A DNA stretch of 56,383 nt, counting the filler, from Malassezia furfur (Eukaryota): the NCBI GenBank assembly GCA_052055015.1. It is 3 parts of 3 records of this genome, joined end to end, with 100 filler letters (N's around TTAATTAATTAA, not from the genome) between each part and the next. Parts side by side here need not be neighbours in the genome. Positions count along the whole stretch, not along the records: positions 1 to 18,746 come from JBQJIT010000203.1; 2 more parts are not named here. One strand, given 5' to 3'. Below are positions 1 to 10,362 of the stretch, one piece after another; positions within the stretch are counted from its first letter, which is position 1, and each line of letters starts with the position of its first letter. Both the position numbers and the translations under genes were made by a program. The notes beneath the pieces were generated by a model. That model searched no databases and was not told the origin of the DNA. It saw nothing but the letters and a program-made list of their open reading frames with translations.

Positions 1-2
1 CC

Positions 3-686
3 TCGCCCCCTCGCTCCCCACCGTTGCCCGCGTTGCGCCGTCCACGGCACCCGCTGATGGAGGATGCTGCGGTGACCTCCGTGTCAAACCTGCTGAATGA
101 GGCGACGGCGCGCATGGCGGGCGCCTCGTCACGACCCCAGTCGTCGGTGGATCAATCTGTACAGACTATGCGTCATGCCGCGCGCTTCGATGTGCCTGCG
201 ACGCCCGACATGAGTCCTGCGAACCAGGACGCTCATCACCACCCCACCGAGGCCGCCGAGGCCTTTATGCGGCGCGTGTTTGTCGACTGGACCGTGTCGC
301 GCGCCTTCCAGGCGGAAGACGCGGGTGTGGAGCTGGTGTGTCCCGGATGGACCGGCGCCGTGGCCCAGCGTCTACACACACCCCATGGCGCTGGGCGCAA
401 ACTCCCGCTGGACCCCGGTACGCGTGCGCTGTACGTGCATATGCCGCGCTCGTGTGATCGGTCGGCGCTGCGTGACCACATTTTGCAGCTGCTTGATACC
501 GCGTCAGAGCGCGTGTGCGCCGGGCGCGTCGTATTTTGCCTGGAGCGCAATCTACCGGACCTTTCGTCGCTCCTGCACGGTCTCTGCTACGTCGGGGGCC
601 AAGTGGCGACGCGCGCCGGCCAGCCGGATCCGTGGACCGGGCGCCAGCCGTTGGCGTCGCTGGTACTCGTCTCCGTCACGCTGTAG
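3..686 (+). CDS. OAZ1: Ornithine decarboxylase antizyme, ORF2 (post-frameshift part); 5' end outside window
   Basis: Frame is open from the window start (SPPRSPPLPAL, like the fungal antizyme SPPSSPPLAA). C-terminal ALRDHILQLLDTASERVCAGRVVFCLERNLPDLSSLLHGLCYVGG matches the ODC antizyme domain. Confidence 0.8.
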   Translation, partial: SPPRSPPLPALRRPRHPLMEDAAVTSVSNLLNEATARMAGASSRPQSSVDQSVQTMRHAARFDVPATPDMSPANQDAHHHPTEAAEAFMRRVFVDWTVSRAFQAEDAGVELVCPGWTGAVAQRLHTPHGAGRKLPLDPGTRALYVHMPRSCDRSALRDHILQLLDTASERVCAGRVVFCLERNLPDLSSLLHGLCYVGGQVATRAGQPDPWTGRQPLASLVLVSVTL

Positions 687-806
687 AACTAGTATTACTT
701 AATCTTTGTCAGCCGGTCTGGCTTGATTGGAGGCCGGGGTTACCGGACGCGCGTGTCGCGCAGCCGAGCCTTTATCCACCGCTCCGCATCCCCCGCCGGT
801 CGAAGT

Positions 807-3380
807 ATGGCGGTCCAGTCTCGGCTGCGTCCCGCATGGGAGACGGTGCGGATGAAGTTGATGGAGCGCGCCATCAACTTCACCGTGTTCTACTCGCGCA
901 ATTACAACACCATCCAGCGCGGGCTGAACGTGGTGTTCTTCGTTGGTCTTCTGACCGGCATTGCCGCCATGTTTGCCCCGCGCAAGTCCAAGAAGCAGGG
1001 GTCGGGCAACAATGCGAACGCAGGTGCTGTTTCGAAGCGCAAGGGTCCGGGCGGCAAGCGTGGCGGCAATGCGCCGCCGCGCGTCGCGATTGACAACGTG
1101 TTCTTCAAGCGTCTGCGCTTCCTGCTCAGGCTGCTTTTCCCCTCGTGGCGCTCCAAGGAGACCGGCCTGCTGGTGTCCTTTACGGTGATCCTGATCATCC
1201 GCACGGTGCTCTCGCTGGTGGTGGCGGACCTGGATGGCCGTATCGTCGCGTCGCTCGTGCGTGGCCAGAAGGCCGCCTTCTTCCGGAACGTGATGCTGTG
1301 GATGGGCATTGCGGTTCCGGCCGTGTTCACCAACAGTATGATCACGTACCTCAGCTCATCGCTGTCGGTTGCGTTCCGTGTGCGCCTCACGGACTACATC
1401 CAGCACCGCTACCTCCAGAACCTCACCTTCTACAAGCTCACCAACCTGGACGACCGCGTGAAGAACGCCGACCAGCTCATCACGGTCGACGTGCAGCTGT
1501 TCAGCCGCGCGCTGGCGACGCTCTACGGCAACATTGCGCTGCCACTGCTTGACGTGATTCTGTACAACTTCCAGCTGATGCGTTCGGTCGGTGCCGAGAC
1601 GATGATTGTCACCACGACCATCATCCGTCTCACCGCGGTGCTCCTGCAAAAGCTCACGCCGCCGTTTGGTCAGTACGCCGCGACCGAGCAGCAGCTCGAG
1701 GGCGAGTACCGATTCAGCCACGCGCGGCTCATCGAGAACTCGGAAGAGGTCGGGTTCTACCGCGGCCAAGAGCTCGAGAAGCACCTCATCGACCGCTACT
1801 ACTTCTCGCTGATCAAGCACATCAACCGCGTCTTCCACATCCGCATCGGCCACGGCATGATGGAGGAGGGCATCGTCAAGTGGCTCTGGGGCGCCATCGG
1901 TCTCGTGATCTGCTCTGCCCCCGTCTTTTTGCAGATCCCTGGCCTGAGCGGCGGCAGCCGCGGCGGCGACATGGGCTCGCGCACGCAGCTGTTTGTGACG
2001 AACCGTCGCTTGCTGCTGTCGTCTTCGGATGCGACGGGCCGTATCATGTACAGCTACAAGGAGCTCTCCGAGCTGGCGGGCTACACATCGCGTCTCATGG
2101 AGCTGATCGAGGTCATGGACGACGTCGAGAATGGCCGTGCGCAGAAGCGCCTCGTGTCGTCGGGCAGCGAGGACGAGAAGCAAAAGAAGGCCGACATCTT
2201 CAACCAGCGCGGCACGGTCGATGAGGACTCGAACGAGGTCATCTTTGACGAGGTGCCCATCGTCAGCCCCAACGGCGACGTCCTGCTGCAAAAGCTCAGC
2301 TTCCACATCCACCCCGGCCAGCACCTGCTGATCATTGGCCCCAACGGGTGTGGAAAGAGCAGCATGTTCCGTATTCTCGGCGGCCTGTGGCCCGTGTACG
2401 GCGGCAAGGTGGCCAAGCCGCCGAATGCCGATTTCACCTACATCCCCCAGCGGCCGTACCTGTCGCTCGGCACGCTGCGCGACCAGATCATCTACCCAGA
2501 CACGGTCGAGGAGATGCACGCCAAGGGGGTCACCGACGAGGACCTGTTCAAGATCCTCGAACTGCTCCAGATCCAGAACATCGTCGAGCGTGAGGGCGGC
2601 TGGGATGTCAAGCGTGAATGGCGTGATGCGCTCAGCGGTGGCGACAAGCAGCGCATCGCCATGGCGCGCCTGTTCTACCACAAGCCCAAGTACGCCATCC
2701 TGGACGAGTGCACCAGTGCCGTGACGCTCGACATTGAGCGGATCATGTACGACCACGCCACGGAGCTGGGTATCACGATGATGACCGTGTCGCACCGTCC
2801 GTCGCTGTGGAAGTACCACTCGCACGTGCTCCAGTACGACGGCCAGGGCGGCTACGTGTTTACCGAACTCGACGCCGACAAGCGGCTCAAGCTCCAGGAA
2901 GAGAAGCAGCAGCTCGAGCAAAAGCTCCTGCTCCTCCCCAAGTGGCAGGAGCGCAAGGAGGAACTCGAGGCGATCCTTTCGCAGCGCACCCGGTCGCGCG
3001 GCAACTCGGTACACTCGATCGAGCCGCCCGCATCCCTGACCGAGGCGGCGTCGCAGGCGAACGGCACGCCGGTTCCTGCCGAGACCAAGGCCGCCGAGCC
3101 GCAGGTGATCGAGCCCAAGGCCGCCGCGCAGGCCGCAGCACAGGACGCGGCCGCGCCCAAGGCCCCCGCGCCGACCAAGGCAGCCACCCCCAAGAAGGGC
3201 CGCAAGGCGCCCAAGGCCGACGCCGCCCCCAAGGCCGAAGCTGCCCCTGCCCCCGCGCCCTCGGCTGCGGCCGCACCCGTCAGCACGGGCGTGCATGGCC
3301 AGACGGGGTCGAACGCGTCGGGCCCTGCTCCGCCGATCAACATTGCCGAGCTGGGTGGGAAGAAGCCGTCGAGTAAATAA
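807..3380 (+). CDS. PXA2: Peroxisomal ABCD half-transporter (long-chain fatty acyl-CoA import), PXA2-like
   Basis: EAA-like motif [11 protein letters not shown], Walker [10 protein letters not shown], signature [31 protein letters not shown]; first ATG at 807; intronless. PXA2 versus PXA1 is less certain than the family. Confidence 0.88.
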   Translation: MAVQSRLRPAWETVRMKLMERAINFTVFYSRNYNTIQRGLNVVFFVGLLTGIAAMFAPRKSKKQGSGNNANAGAVSKRKGPGGKRGGNAPPRVAIDNVFFKRLRFLLRLLFPSWRSKETGLLVSFTVILIIRTVLSLVVADLDGRIVASLVRGQKAAFFRNVMLWMGIAVPAVFTNSMITYLSSSLSVAFRVRLTDYIQHRYLQNLTFYKLTNLDDRVKNADQLITVDVQLFSRALATLYGNIALPLLDVILYNFQLMRSVGAETMIVTTTIIRLTAVLLQKLTPPFGQYAATEQQLEGEYRFSHARLIENSEEVGFYRGQELEKHLIDRYYFSLIKHINRVFHIRIGHGMMEEGIVKWLWGAIGLVICSAPVFLQIPGLSGGSRGGDMGSRTQLFVTNRRLLLSSSDATGRIMYSYKELSELAGYTSRLMELIEVMDDVENGRAQKRLVSSGSEDEKQKKADIFNQRGTVDEDSNEVIFDEVPIVSPNGDVLLQKLSFHIHPGQHLLIIGPNGCGKSSMFRILGGLWPVYGGKVAKPPNADFTYIPQRPYLSLGTLRDQIIYPDTVEEMHAKGVTDEDLFKILELLQIQNIVEREGGWDVKREWRDALSGGDKQRIAMARLFYHKPKYAILDECTSAVTLDIERIMYDHATELGITMMTVSHRPSLWKYHSHVLQYDGQGGYVFTELDADKRLKLQEEKQQLEQKLLLLPKWQERKEELEAILSQRTRSRGNSVHSIEPPASLTEAASQANGTPVPAETKAAEPQVIEPKAAAQAAAQDAAAPKAPAPTKAATPKKGRKAPKADAAPKAEAAPAPAPSAAAAPVSTGVHGQTGSNASGPAPPINIAELGGKKPSSK

Positions 3381-3461
3381 GTAGTAGCCATCTACGTCGT
3401 TGCGACTCGCGGAAGCCGCGCGCATGCTCTGCCGCGGACGGCGACGGCAACCATCACGCGC

Positions 3462-4042
3462 TTAGTTCTGCGAGAGCGCAGCCTGGAGCGCGGTGTACAC
3501 CTCGACCTCAATCTCGGCGGCCGCCTTCTCCTCTGCCGAGCCGCTGCCGCCCGCGACGCGCTGCGCCTCGGCAAGGCCCTGCCTGACGGCCTCGGGCGAG
3601 AACGCATCGAGCGAGTAGGCCTCGACGGCGTTCACGGTGAGCTGGTTGTTGGGGTGGATCGTCGCGAAGCCGCTCGAAACTGGTGTTAGTTGTCGCGCCG
3701 ATAAGCGACCTACCAAAGAAGCGCTTCGCCGAGCCGCTTGACTCGATCACCTCGACGAGACCGGGCCGCAGCGCCTCGATGCTGGGCACGTGCGAGGCAA
3801 GAATACCGAGATCACCGCTCACAGCGGGCACGTTGACCTGCGTGACCTCCTGGTCATTGTACAGAGCCTGGCGTTAGCTTCTTCATCGCGATCGATCAAC
3901 GCACCTGGTGGGGCGCGACAAAGCTCAGCTTGAGCTTCTCACTGACCGCCTCGGCATAGCCACGGCGGGCACCAGCAAGCTGGGCAAGCGAGGGGCGGAG
4001 GCTCGAAGAACGGAGCGAGCGCGAGGCCAGAGCAAACACCAT
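3462..4042 (-). CDS. ATP16: Mitochondrial F1 ATP synthase delta subunit
   Basis: Spliced product: presequence, then YAEAVSEKLKLSFVAPHQ|ALYNDQEVTQVNVPAVSGDLGILASHVPSIEALRPG...FF|VSSGFATIHPNNQLTVNAVEA. Introns 3868-3904 (37 nt) and 3680-3713 (34 nt). Confidence 0.95.
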
Positions 4043-4175
4043 CGTGTCAGATCGGTGAATAGAAGCGACGCCGCGCTAGACCCGGGTCCGGCAGGCCAGC
4101 GCATGGCCATCGGCCGAGGCCGGGACATGCACCACGTGGGTACCACTCCTCCACCGGCGCTCGGACGGGGGGAGG

Positions 4176-5605
4176 ATGGGGTGGAATTGCCAGCGGTGTG
4201 GGCAACTGTTGCAGCTTGATGCGAGCTTGGAACAGATCGACAGTGAAACCCTTGCAGAAGCGCGCAAGGTAGTAAGCGAAGCCTTCCCGCATGCCGCTCA
4301 GAGCACATCCCCCGGCGTGAACCACCCATGGGACGCACTCCACGCGCTGCCCGAGGTGCGCGACGCCGTCCTGGCACAAATGGACGCATACACACCGCCG
4401 CCCGAATCGGCCGCCTCAGCGAAGAGCGATGCATCACTTCCTCAGTACACCCTGTTTCACATTTTGTCGTCCGGCGCTTCATGCCCCTCGGACGTCGTGC
4501 AGCATCCGCTCTGCGAATCATGCACGCTCCAAGTCCTCGAGGACCGGTCAGCACAAATCGACCGGGCTCGAAAGGAGCGCGATACCCTCCAAACACTCGA
4601 GCGAGAGCTTGTGCGGCTGGCTTTGCTCGATGGCGACATGGAGATGTCTTCCGAAGACAAAGCGCGATGGCAACGAAAACAAAACGCCATCCGGCGCGAG
4701 GTCGACGAGGTATGCGTGCACACTCACCCAGATGAATGCCGAGATGCACCGGCTTGAGCAAGAACTTGCAGAATACGATACAGAGGAGGCGAAACTGCTC
4801 GTTGAGCTCCGCAACGCACGGCTAGAGGATGAGACGCTCGAGCACCAAGAGACCAACTTCTGGCGCAATTACCACGCGGCCACCGCCGAACTTGCACAGT
4901 GCGAGTCGGATAGGGCTAAGGCCGATGCACAGGTGCGCGATGACACCGAAATCTGCGCGCATCTCGAGCAGTCGGACGCATATACTGACGTCTTTTGCAT
5001 CGAACAAGACAGCCGAGGCATGGCTTCCATCAACGGCTTGCGTCTCGGCCGTCTCAGCTCGAGCCAGGCGTCGACGGCAGGCGATCAAGTGGACTGGCCA
5101 GAAATCAACGCCGCATGGGGCCAGACAGCGTTTCTTCTCACCGTCCTTGCACGCAAGCTCGCACTGCAATTCAGCGCCTATCGCATCCATCCCAAGGGCT
5201 CGTTTAGTAGCGTGGAGCGATTGGGGCCGGACAAGGCTACCTACGAACTGTATGGGACAAGCGAATGGCAGCTTGGACGTTTGCTTCACTCGCGCCGCTT
5301 CGACCATGCTATGGTAGGTATGCTTACATGCGTGCATGAACTCTGCGAAAAGGTGCAGGAACTCGACCCCGCTGCGACCTTACCCCACACGTACGTGACG
5401 CTCTTATTCAGCATCGAGAAAGATACCATCGGCGGCGCGAGCATACGACTGCAGTTTAACCAGCCAGAGGTCTGGACGCGCGCCACTCGATACCTCTTGT
5501 TCACGTACGTGCACACTCCACTCACGCAGCCTCCGCGCGCTCCTGTGCTGGACGCTAGAGAAGCCCCATGTGTATGTAGCCTTACCAAGCATCACGTGCC
5601 ACTAA
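4176..5605 (+). CDS. VPS30: Beclin-1/Atg6 (PI3K complex subunit)
   Basis: N-terminal CQRC, HPLCESC, coiled coil, SINGLRLGRL and VDWPEINAAWGQ. Introns 4710-4731 (22 nt), 5391-5411 (21 nt) and 5505-5529 (25 nt). Confidence 0.92.
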
Positions 5606-5668
5606 AGTCTTCCGCCAAGGAAGCGACGATCTTCGCACGTCGTCGGCCTTTGTAGCTGCTAAGCCACT

Positions 5669-6271
5669 ATGCCGATTACACAGAGCGGGCACCCAGGGCA
5701 GGACCACTCGCGTGACCCCTGCCCGTGGGTCATTTTGAACGACTTCGGTGGTGCGTTCGCCATGGGCTGCATTGGTGGCACAATTTGGCATGGCATCAAA
5801 GGCGCCCGCAACTCGCCGCGTGGCGAGCGGTTCCTCGGCTCCGTGTCGGCCATCAAGGCGCGCGCGCCTGTTCTCGGTGGTAACTTTGGTATCTGGGGTG
5901 GACTTTTCACCTCGTTCGACTGCAGTGTCAAGTCTATCCGCCAGAAGGAAGACCCATGGAACGCGATTATCGCCGGCTTCTTTACCGGCTCCACGCTCGC
6001 CATCCGTGGTGGTCCCAAGACTGCGGCAGGCGCCGGCGTCATGTGCGGTATTCTTCTCGGTGTCTTTGAGGGTGTGTATCCGACTTACGCTGCTGACCAC
6101 AGGTGTCGGTGTTCTTATGCAACGTCTGCTCGCCGAAAACAACAAGCCGGTACGTATTTCCTGTGGCTCACCATTAGATTGCCCCTATCATGTATGTGCT
6201 CTATGTGCTCACTGTGCAGCCCCGAAGCGCCCGTTGCGCCTGCGATTGCGCCAGCGACGTCTTCGTCCTGA
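5669..6271 (+). CDS. TIM17: Mitochondrial inner-membrane translocase Tim17
   Basis: [22 protein letters not shown]...[15 protein letters not shown]. Introns 6072-6102, 6150-6177 and 6192-6219, with a 14-nt exon at 6178-6191. Confidence 0.95.
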   Translation: MPITQSGHPGQDHSRDPCPWVILNDFGGAFAMGCIGGTIWHGIKGARNSPRGERFLGSVSAIKARAPVLGGNFGIWGGLFTSFDCSVKSIRQKEDPWNAIIAGFFTGSTLAIRGGPKTAAGAGVMCGILLGVFEGVYPTYAADHRCRCSYATSARRKQQAGTYFLWLTIRLPLSCMCSMCSLCSPEAPVAPAIAPATSSS

Positions 6272-6345
6272 TTTGCATCTTCTTTGTTTTTGCGCAGCAG
6301 GACACCGGTGTAGTATTCGTGTCGTATCGTGCAAAAAAGTATTCC

Positions 6346-7390
6346 CTACGTCTGCAAGATGGCATACGCTGTCCATTGCGCTGCACGCAGTTGCAGTGCG
6401 CGCGTCTTGTGCGAAAAGATGGGCGTGGGCTCCCTGGTGGCGCTCTGTCCTGGTCGACCCAATTCCCCATGCTCATCTGTGGTCAGTGGCTGGAAGACGT
6501 ACTGCTTCCCATGGCGAATATGGTCCCACGCTCATCCAAAAAATAGGAGCTCGACGCGCCACAGGCGATGGCCACAACATCCGTGTCGAGCTCGACGAGC
6601 GTGGGAGATTCGACATGCCCCCCGGGCAGCCAGCCCCATATGTAGCAGTCGCCATCTTCTGTTTTCACGAGCGAATGTTGGTTTCCGCAGACGACTTGGT
6701 CGATCGTCGAAGGGAAGGCTTCGATTTGCGAGAAAAAATCGACGGGGTGTAGTTCGTTCGCGTCTAGTCCCAACGCAACATCCCCTAGCTGTCCAAAGCG
6801 GTTGTCCCCTGCAGCAAACACTTGATGGTGTGGGTGTGTTGCTAGGAACACAAAATGAGCCCCCCCGGCTGCGACACGGTGGCAGGCGACTTGATCACCT
6901 GTGTGTGCCTGGTGCAGAACATTTTCCCCCTTCTCCGACTTGCCATCCCACGCTATCCATTCATCGAGCGAAGAAAACAGGTATGGAACATGGTCGTCTG
7001 AGTAAGTCATCTGTACGAACGTGTAATAGCCGCAATACGTCCTCGAAGATCCATGGCAGCGTCGCGCCAAATCACGTCGCCTCCTTGCATCCGAAAAGCA
7101 GGCCCGTATTTAATGCGCCCATGTTCAAGACACGCTTCAAAACAGTCCTGTCCCATTACGCACTCACAATGAGGGGAGATTTTCGTTTGGGCAAGCGATC
7201 GTTCTGGGACGCAAGACTCGAAACCCAGCTGACATAGCTGGTCTCCTTCGCTGAACAGTACTTGCGAGCCGCTCACTGCGCGAATATGTTCGGCATTCCT
7301 GATCGTTACAGGTGTGCTCACGACCAGTTCGGTCATCGGACGACCCAGTTGCCCGTGTGCATTAGAACCCCAGCCGTACAACGTCGGCAT
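6346..7390 (-). CDS. RCC1/BLIP-II repeat protein (Ats1-like)
   Basis: RCC1 repeats GWGSNAHGQLG, AAGDNRFGQLG and GSN|EHGELG. The last is restored only by intron 6477-6502; the frame is joined by intron 6998-7020. Confidence 0.8.
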
Positions 7391-7445
7391 CGCATAGTGT
7401 CTGTGCGAAGCGAGATCGGGCTACATCGGGGGTTTCTTCCTTGAC

Positions 7446-9007
7446 ATGCTTTCGCAACTTGGATCGGCCGCGCGCGCCCTGGGCAGGCGTGGTGCGCTTT
7501 CTGTTCGACTATATACCACACACAATGCCAAAGAGACATTTCTTGACACACTAGAGAAGCGGAATATGGTCCAGGCCACGACCTCGAGCGCTCTGCGCTC
7601 CCATATGGCTTCTACCAAGGACGGTGCATTCGTACCACGCACAGTGTACGCTGGTGTGGACCCCAGTGCAGCTAGTATACATGTGGGAAACTTGCTTCCC
7701 TTACTTGCTTTGCTTCACTGTGCACTTTATGGGCATACAGCGCTCGTTTTGGTACGTCATTTTGCTCACAAAGATTGGCGGAGGAACGGGGTCTATTGGT
7801 GATCCATCGGGCCGCTCAACCGAACGATCGGTCTTGGATGCATCACAGCTAGCCACAAATGTGGCTTCGATCCGGGGACAAATGTATCAATTCTTTCACA
7901 ATGCTGCAGCATATCTTCAACGCCGTGGTTTGCACACAAGTGAAGCGAATACGTATACGGCAGAGAACAGCAACAGTCCAGCAGGCGAACATCTCTTTTC
8001 TTCCGGACTCGACATCCGCATCGTCAACAACATTACATGGTTACAGCCTGTATCAATGATTGATTTTCTTTCCAACGTGGGGCGGCATGCGCGCGTCAAT
8101 GACATGATGGCACGCGACAGTGTCAAGAATCGCCTTGCACCTCCGGGTGATAGCAGTGCTAGTGCACAGGGACTCTCGTTCACGGAGTTCACTTACCAGC
8201 TGCTCCAGGCCTATGACTTCAGTGTGTTGCATCGCGAGCCGTATCATTGCTCCCTTCAGATTGGAGGCTCGGACCAAATGGGAAACATCAGTGCTGGAAT
8301 TGACCTAATTCGTCGACAGGAAGCAGCGAGAGGGACCGATATTCGAGAGGACCCTGCGTACGGTCTTACGCTGCCTCTTCTCACGACGGCGAATGGGACG
8401 AAGCTAGGCAAGTCTGCCGGAAATGCCGTCTGGATCAACCCCGAGATGCTTTCGGACATGGATTTTTACCAATACTTTTTGCGCAGCGCTGACGCGGACG
8501 TGGGCCGTTTCTTGCGCTCGTTGACCCTTCTGCCAATTGAACGCATCGATGAGGTCCTAGAGGTACATGAAAAGGACCGCTCAAAGAGACACGCCCAGGA
8601 GGTGCTTGCTGCGGAAATGACGGAGCTCGTTCGCGGAGAAGATGCTTTGCGTCGCGCCAGGATAGCCACTAAGGTCCTGTTTGGCACAAGCCTGGACGAG
8701 TTGCAGACCAAGGATGTCCTCTTTGCTTTTAAGGATGATCCCCGCCTTGTGAAGATCTCGCGTGATATGTTGGGAACCGAAGTGCTCAGTGTGGCTGCCC
8801 AGGCAGGACTGACACCATCCAAGAGTGCGTACTTCCTTTCTTAACGCAGGTGAAGCGCGGCGACTCCAGAAGGGAGGAGGCCTCTATTTGAACGGGAAAT
8901 CAATCGCATCCCCACAACAGATTCTGACGCGAGAGGATCTATTGGATGACGAATTTGTGGTACTGCGTGCAGGCAAACATAACCACAAGCTGGTAGTGAT
9001 GGTATAG
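7446..9007 (+). CDS. MSY1: Mitochondrial tyrosyl-tRNA synthetase
   Basis: Presequence, YAGVDPSAASIHVGN (HIGH), IGDPSGR, QIGGSDQMGNI, KLGKS (KMSKS) and an S4-like tail. Introns 7752-7773 and 8825-8849. Confidence 0.95.
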
Positions 9008-9058
9008 TACGGTTCTACGAAGATATAAATCAACGATCTCACATTAAGCATTGTGCCT

Positions 9059-9165
9059 GCGGCTATCGTCTAGTGGTTTAGGATCTCACCTTCCCATGTG
9101 CCTTATTGGCGGGCGTTTAAGCTCGGAAGTAGGTGAGGACAGGAGTTCGAACCTCCTTAGTCGCA
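9059..9165 (+). tRNA. tRNA-Gly(CCC) with 34-nt intron (9097-9130)
   Basis: Acceptor GCGGCTA/TAGTCGC+A, A-box TAGTGG, anticodon arm TCACC-TT-CCC-A^A-GGTGA, T-arm AGGAG-TTCGAAC-CTCCT. Confidence 0.92.
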
Positions 9166-9173
9166 TTTTTTTT
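9166..9173 (+). terminator. RNA polymerase III oligo-T terminator
   Basis: T8 immediately after the tRNA discriminator base. Confidence 0.85.
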
Positions 9174-9220
9174 CAACTTAATTTATTGAAGTAGCAATCC
9201 CCCACATTTTGCAAGCTATA

Positions 9221-9815
9221 TCACAGTTTCGCTTTTGTATCCAGTACTTTTTGAACACAAGAAGCGAGTTCGTCCCCTTCCTCTTGTGTAAGCTCGTCAC
9301 GTCGTCCTAGCATGGTCAACGTTGCTGGGGCGTCCCATTTATTCAAAACCGATGACGAGTCGTTGGGCAATGGAGCAGGAACGACGTGAAAATGCACCTG
9401 TTTTAGATAACAACTAGGACGTACATGGTCCACCGCCTGTGCATATTCTTGGTTTGCTGCCACTTGAAGTCCCGTTATGTCGAAAGCTGAATCAGCACAT
9501 TGTGTGCACGCACCTTTCTCCATAGCCCGCGTGACTGCAACGACAGTTTGCATCAGTGCAGCACTCTGTTTAGAATCCAACTCCGAGATATTCTTTACGT
9601 GGTCCTTCGGGACGACGAGGATGTGGCCTGCGGTAAGAGAGGATTAACGCGCCTGCACGAATGGGCAAGATGTCTAAGAATGCGACGCAGTCATCGGTTT
9701 CGTACACAATGTGCGCCGGCTCCTTGCCTTCTATAATATTGCAGAATATACAGGATTCTTCGCGCTTCCGCTGGTCGTCTTGCCTCTTCAGCCTGGAGAG
9801 CAGATGCGAGGTCAT
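9221..9815 (-). CDS. HIT-family nucleotide hydrolase (Hint/Hnt1-like) with C-terminal PTS1 (-AKL)
   Basis: CIFCNII, AFLDILPIRAG|HILVVPK and DH|VHFHVVP (HxHxH triad). Introns 9628-9652 (GC-AG), 9487-9513 and 9398-9424. Confidence 0.9.
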
Positions 9816-9872
9816 GGCCGAACGGAGCCGATTGGGAGCGCGCACGCTCCCACCTCCACTTTCACATCGCGC

Positions 9873-10325
9873 ATGGACCCGCGTGAGGCGATCCAAAGTA
9901 ACCCACCCCTGTACCGGCGGAGCGACGCGAAGCGCGAGACCTACGGTTTTGTACTCTATGTATTTGCATCTGTTTTATGGGTACTGTGGTGCCTTTGGGC
10001 GATGTGCCCCGAATGGCTTCTGATCCGTGTGGGGATTGAATGGTTTCCTCGCCGTGACTGGGCCTATGTCCTGATATCCTGGTCCCTTGTCGCCGTATTG
10101 ACCGTGTACTTCACATTCGGAGCTCTGAATATGTACCACACACCCCCAATTGACTCACTAGATTGTGTCACGGACGACCGCGCGAACATATACGATGCCC
10201 TGTCGAAGCCTTTGCCCCCCATGACTCTTGCCGAGACGGGTTATGCGGACTCGCCGCTGTGTGACGATGTTTATGACTTGTATCCCGGGCTTGTGTCTCG
10301 GGCTTTGTACCTGAATGAAGGCTAG
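9873..10325 (+). CDS. GPI19: PIG-P subunit of GPI-GlcNAc transferase
   Basis: ETYGFVLY...WAMCPEWLL...GIEWFPRRDWA, two TM helices, TPP...DVYDL motif. Confidence 0.85.
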   Translation: MDPREAIQSNPPLYRRSDAKRETYGFVLYVFASVLWVLWCLWAMCPEWLLIRVGIEWFPRRDWAYVLISWSLVAVLTVYFTFGALNMYHTPPIDSLDCVTDDRANIYDALSKPLPPMTLAETGYADSPLCDDVYDLYPGLVSRALYLNEG

Positions 10326-10362
10326 GCATTATGGCAGCAGCACCTGCCGACAAACCTTGCAA

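Noticed and set aside
52..100. CGC-TGA (52-57) and GAA-TGA (95-100) as the antizyme frameshift site
   Set aside because: The first is in the wrong phase. The second is non-canonical and lies downstream of the conserved SPPxSPP motif already in the ORF2 frame.
3060..3290. Repetitive CCCAAGGCC motifs in the PXA2-like tail
   Set aside because: Coding low-complexity Pro-Lys-Ala repeats, not a CRISPR array or mobile repeat.
6998..7016. 19-nt intron GTACAG...TCAG in the RCC1-like gene
   Set aside because: It does not restore the frame; the 23-nt GTTCGT donor does.
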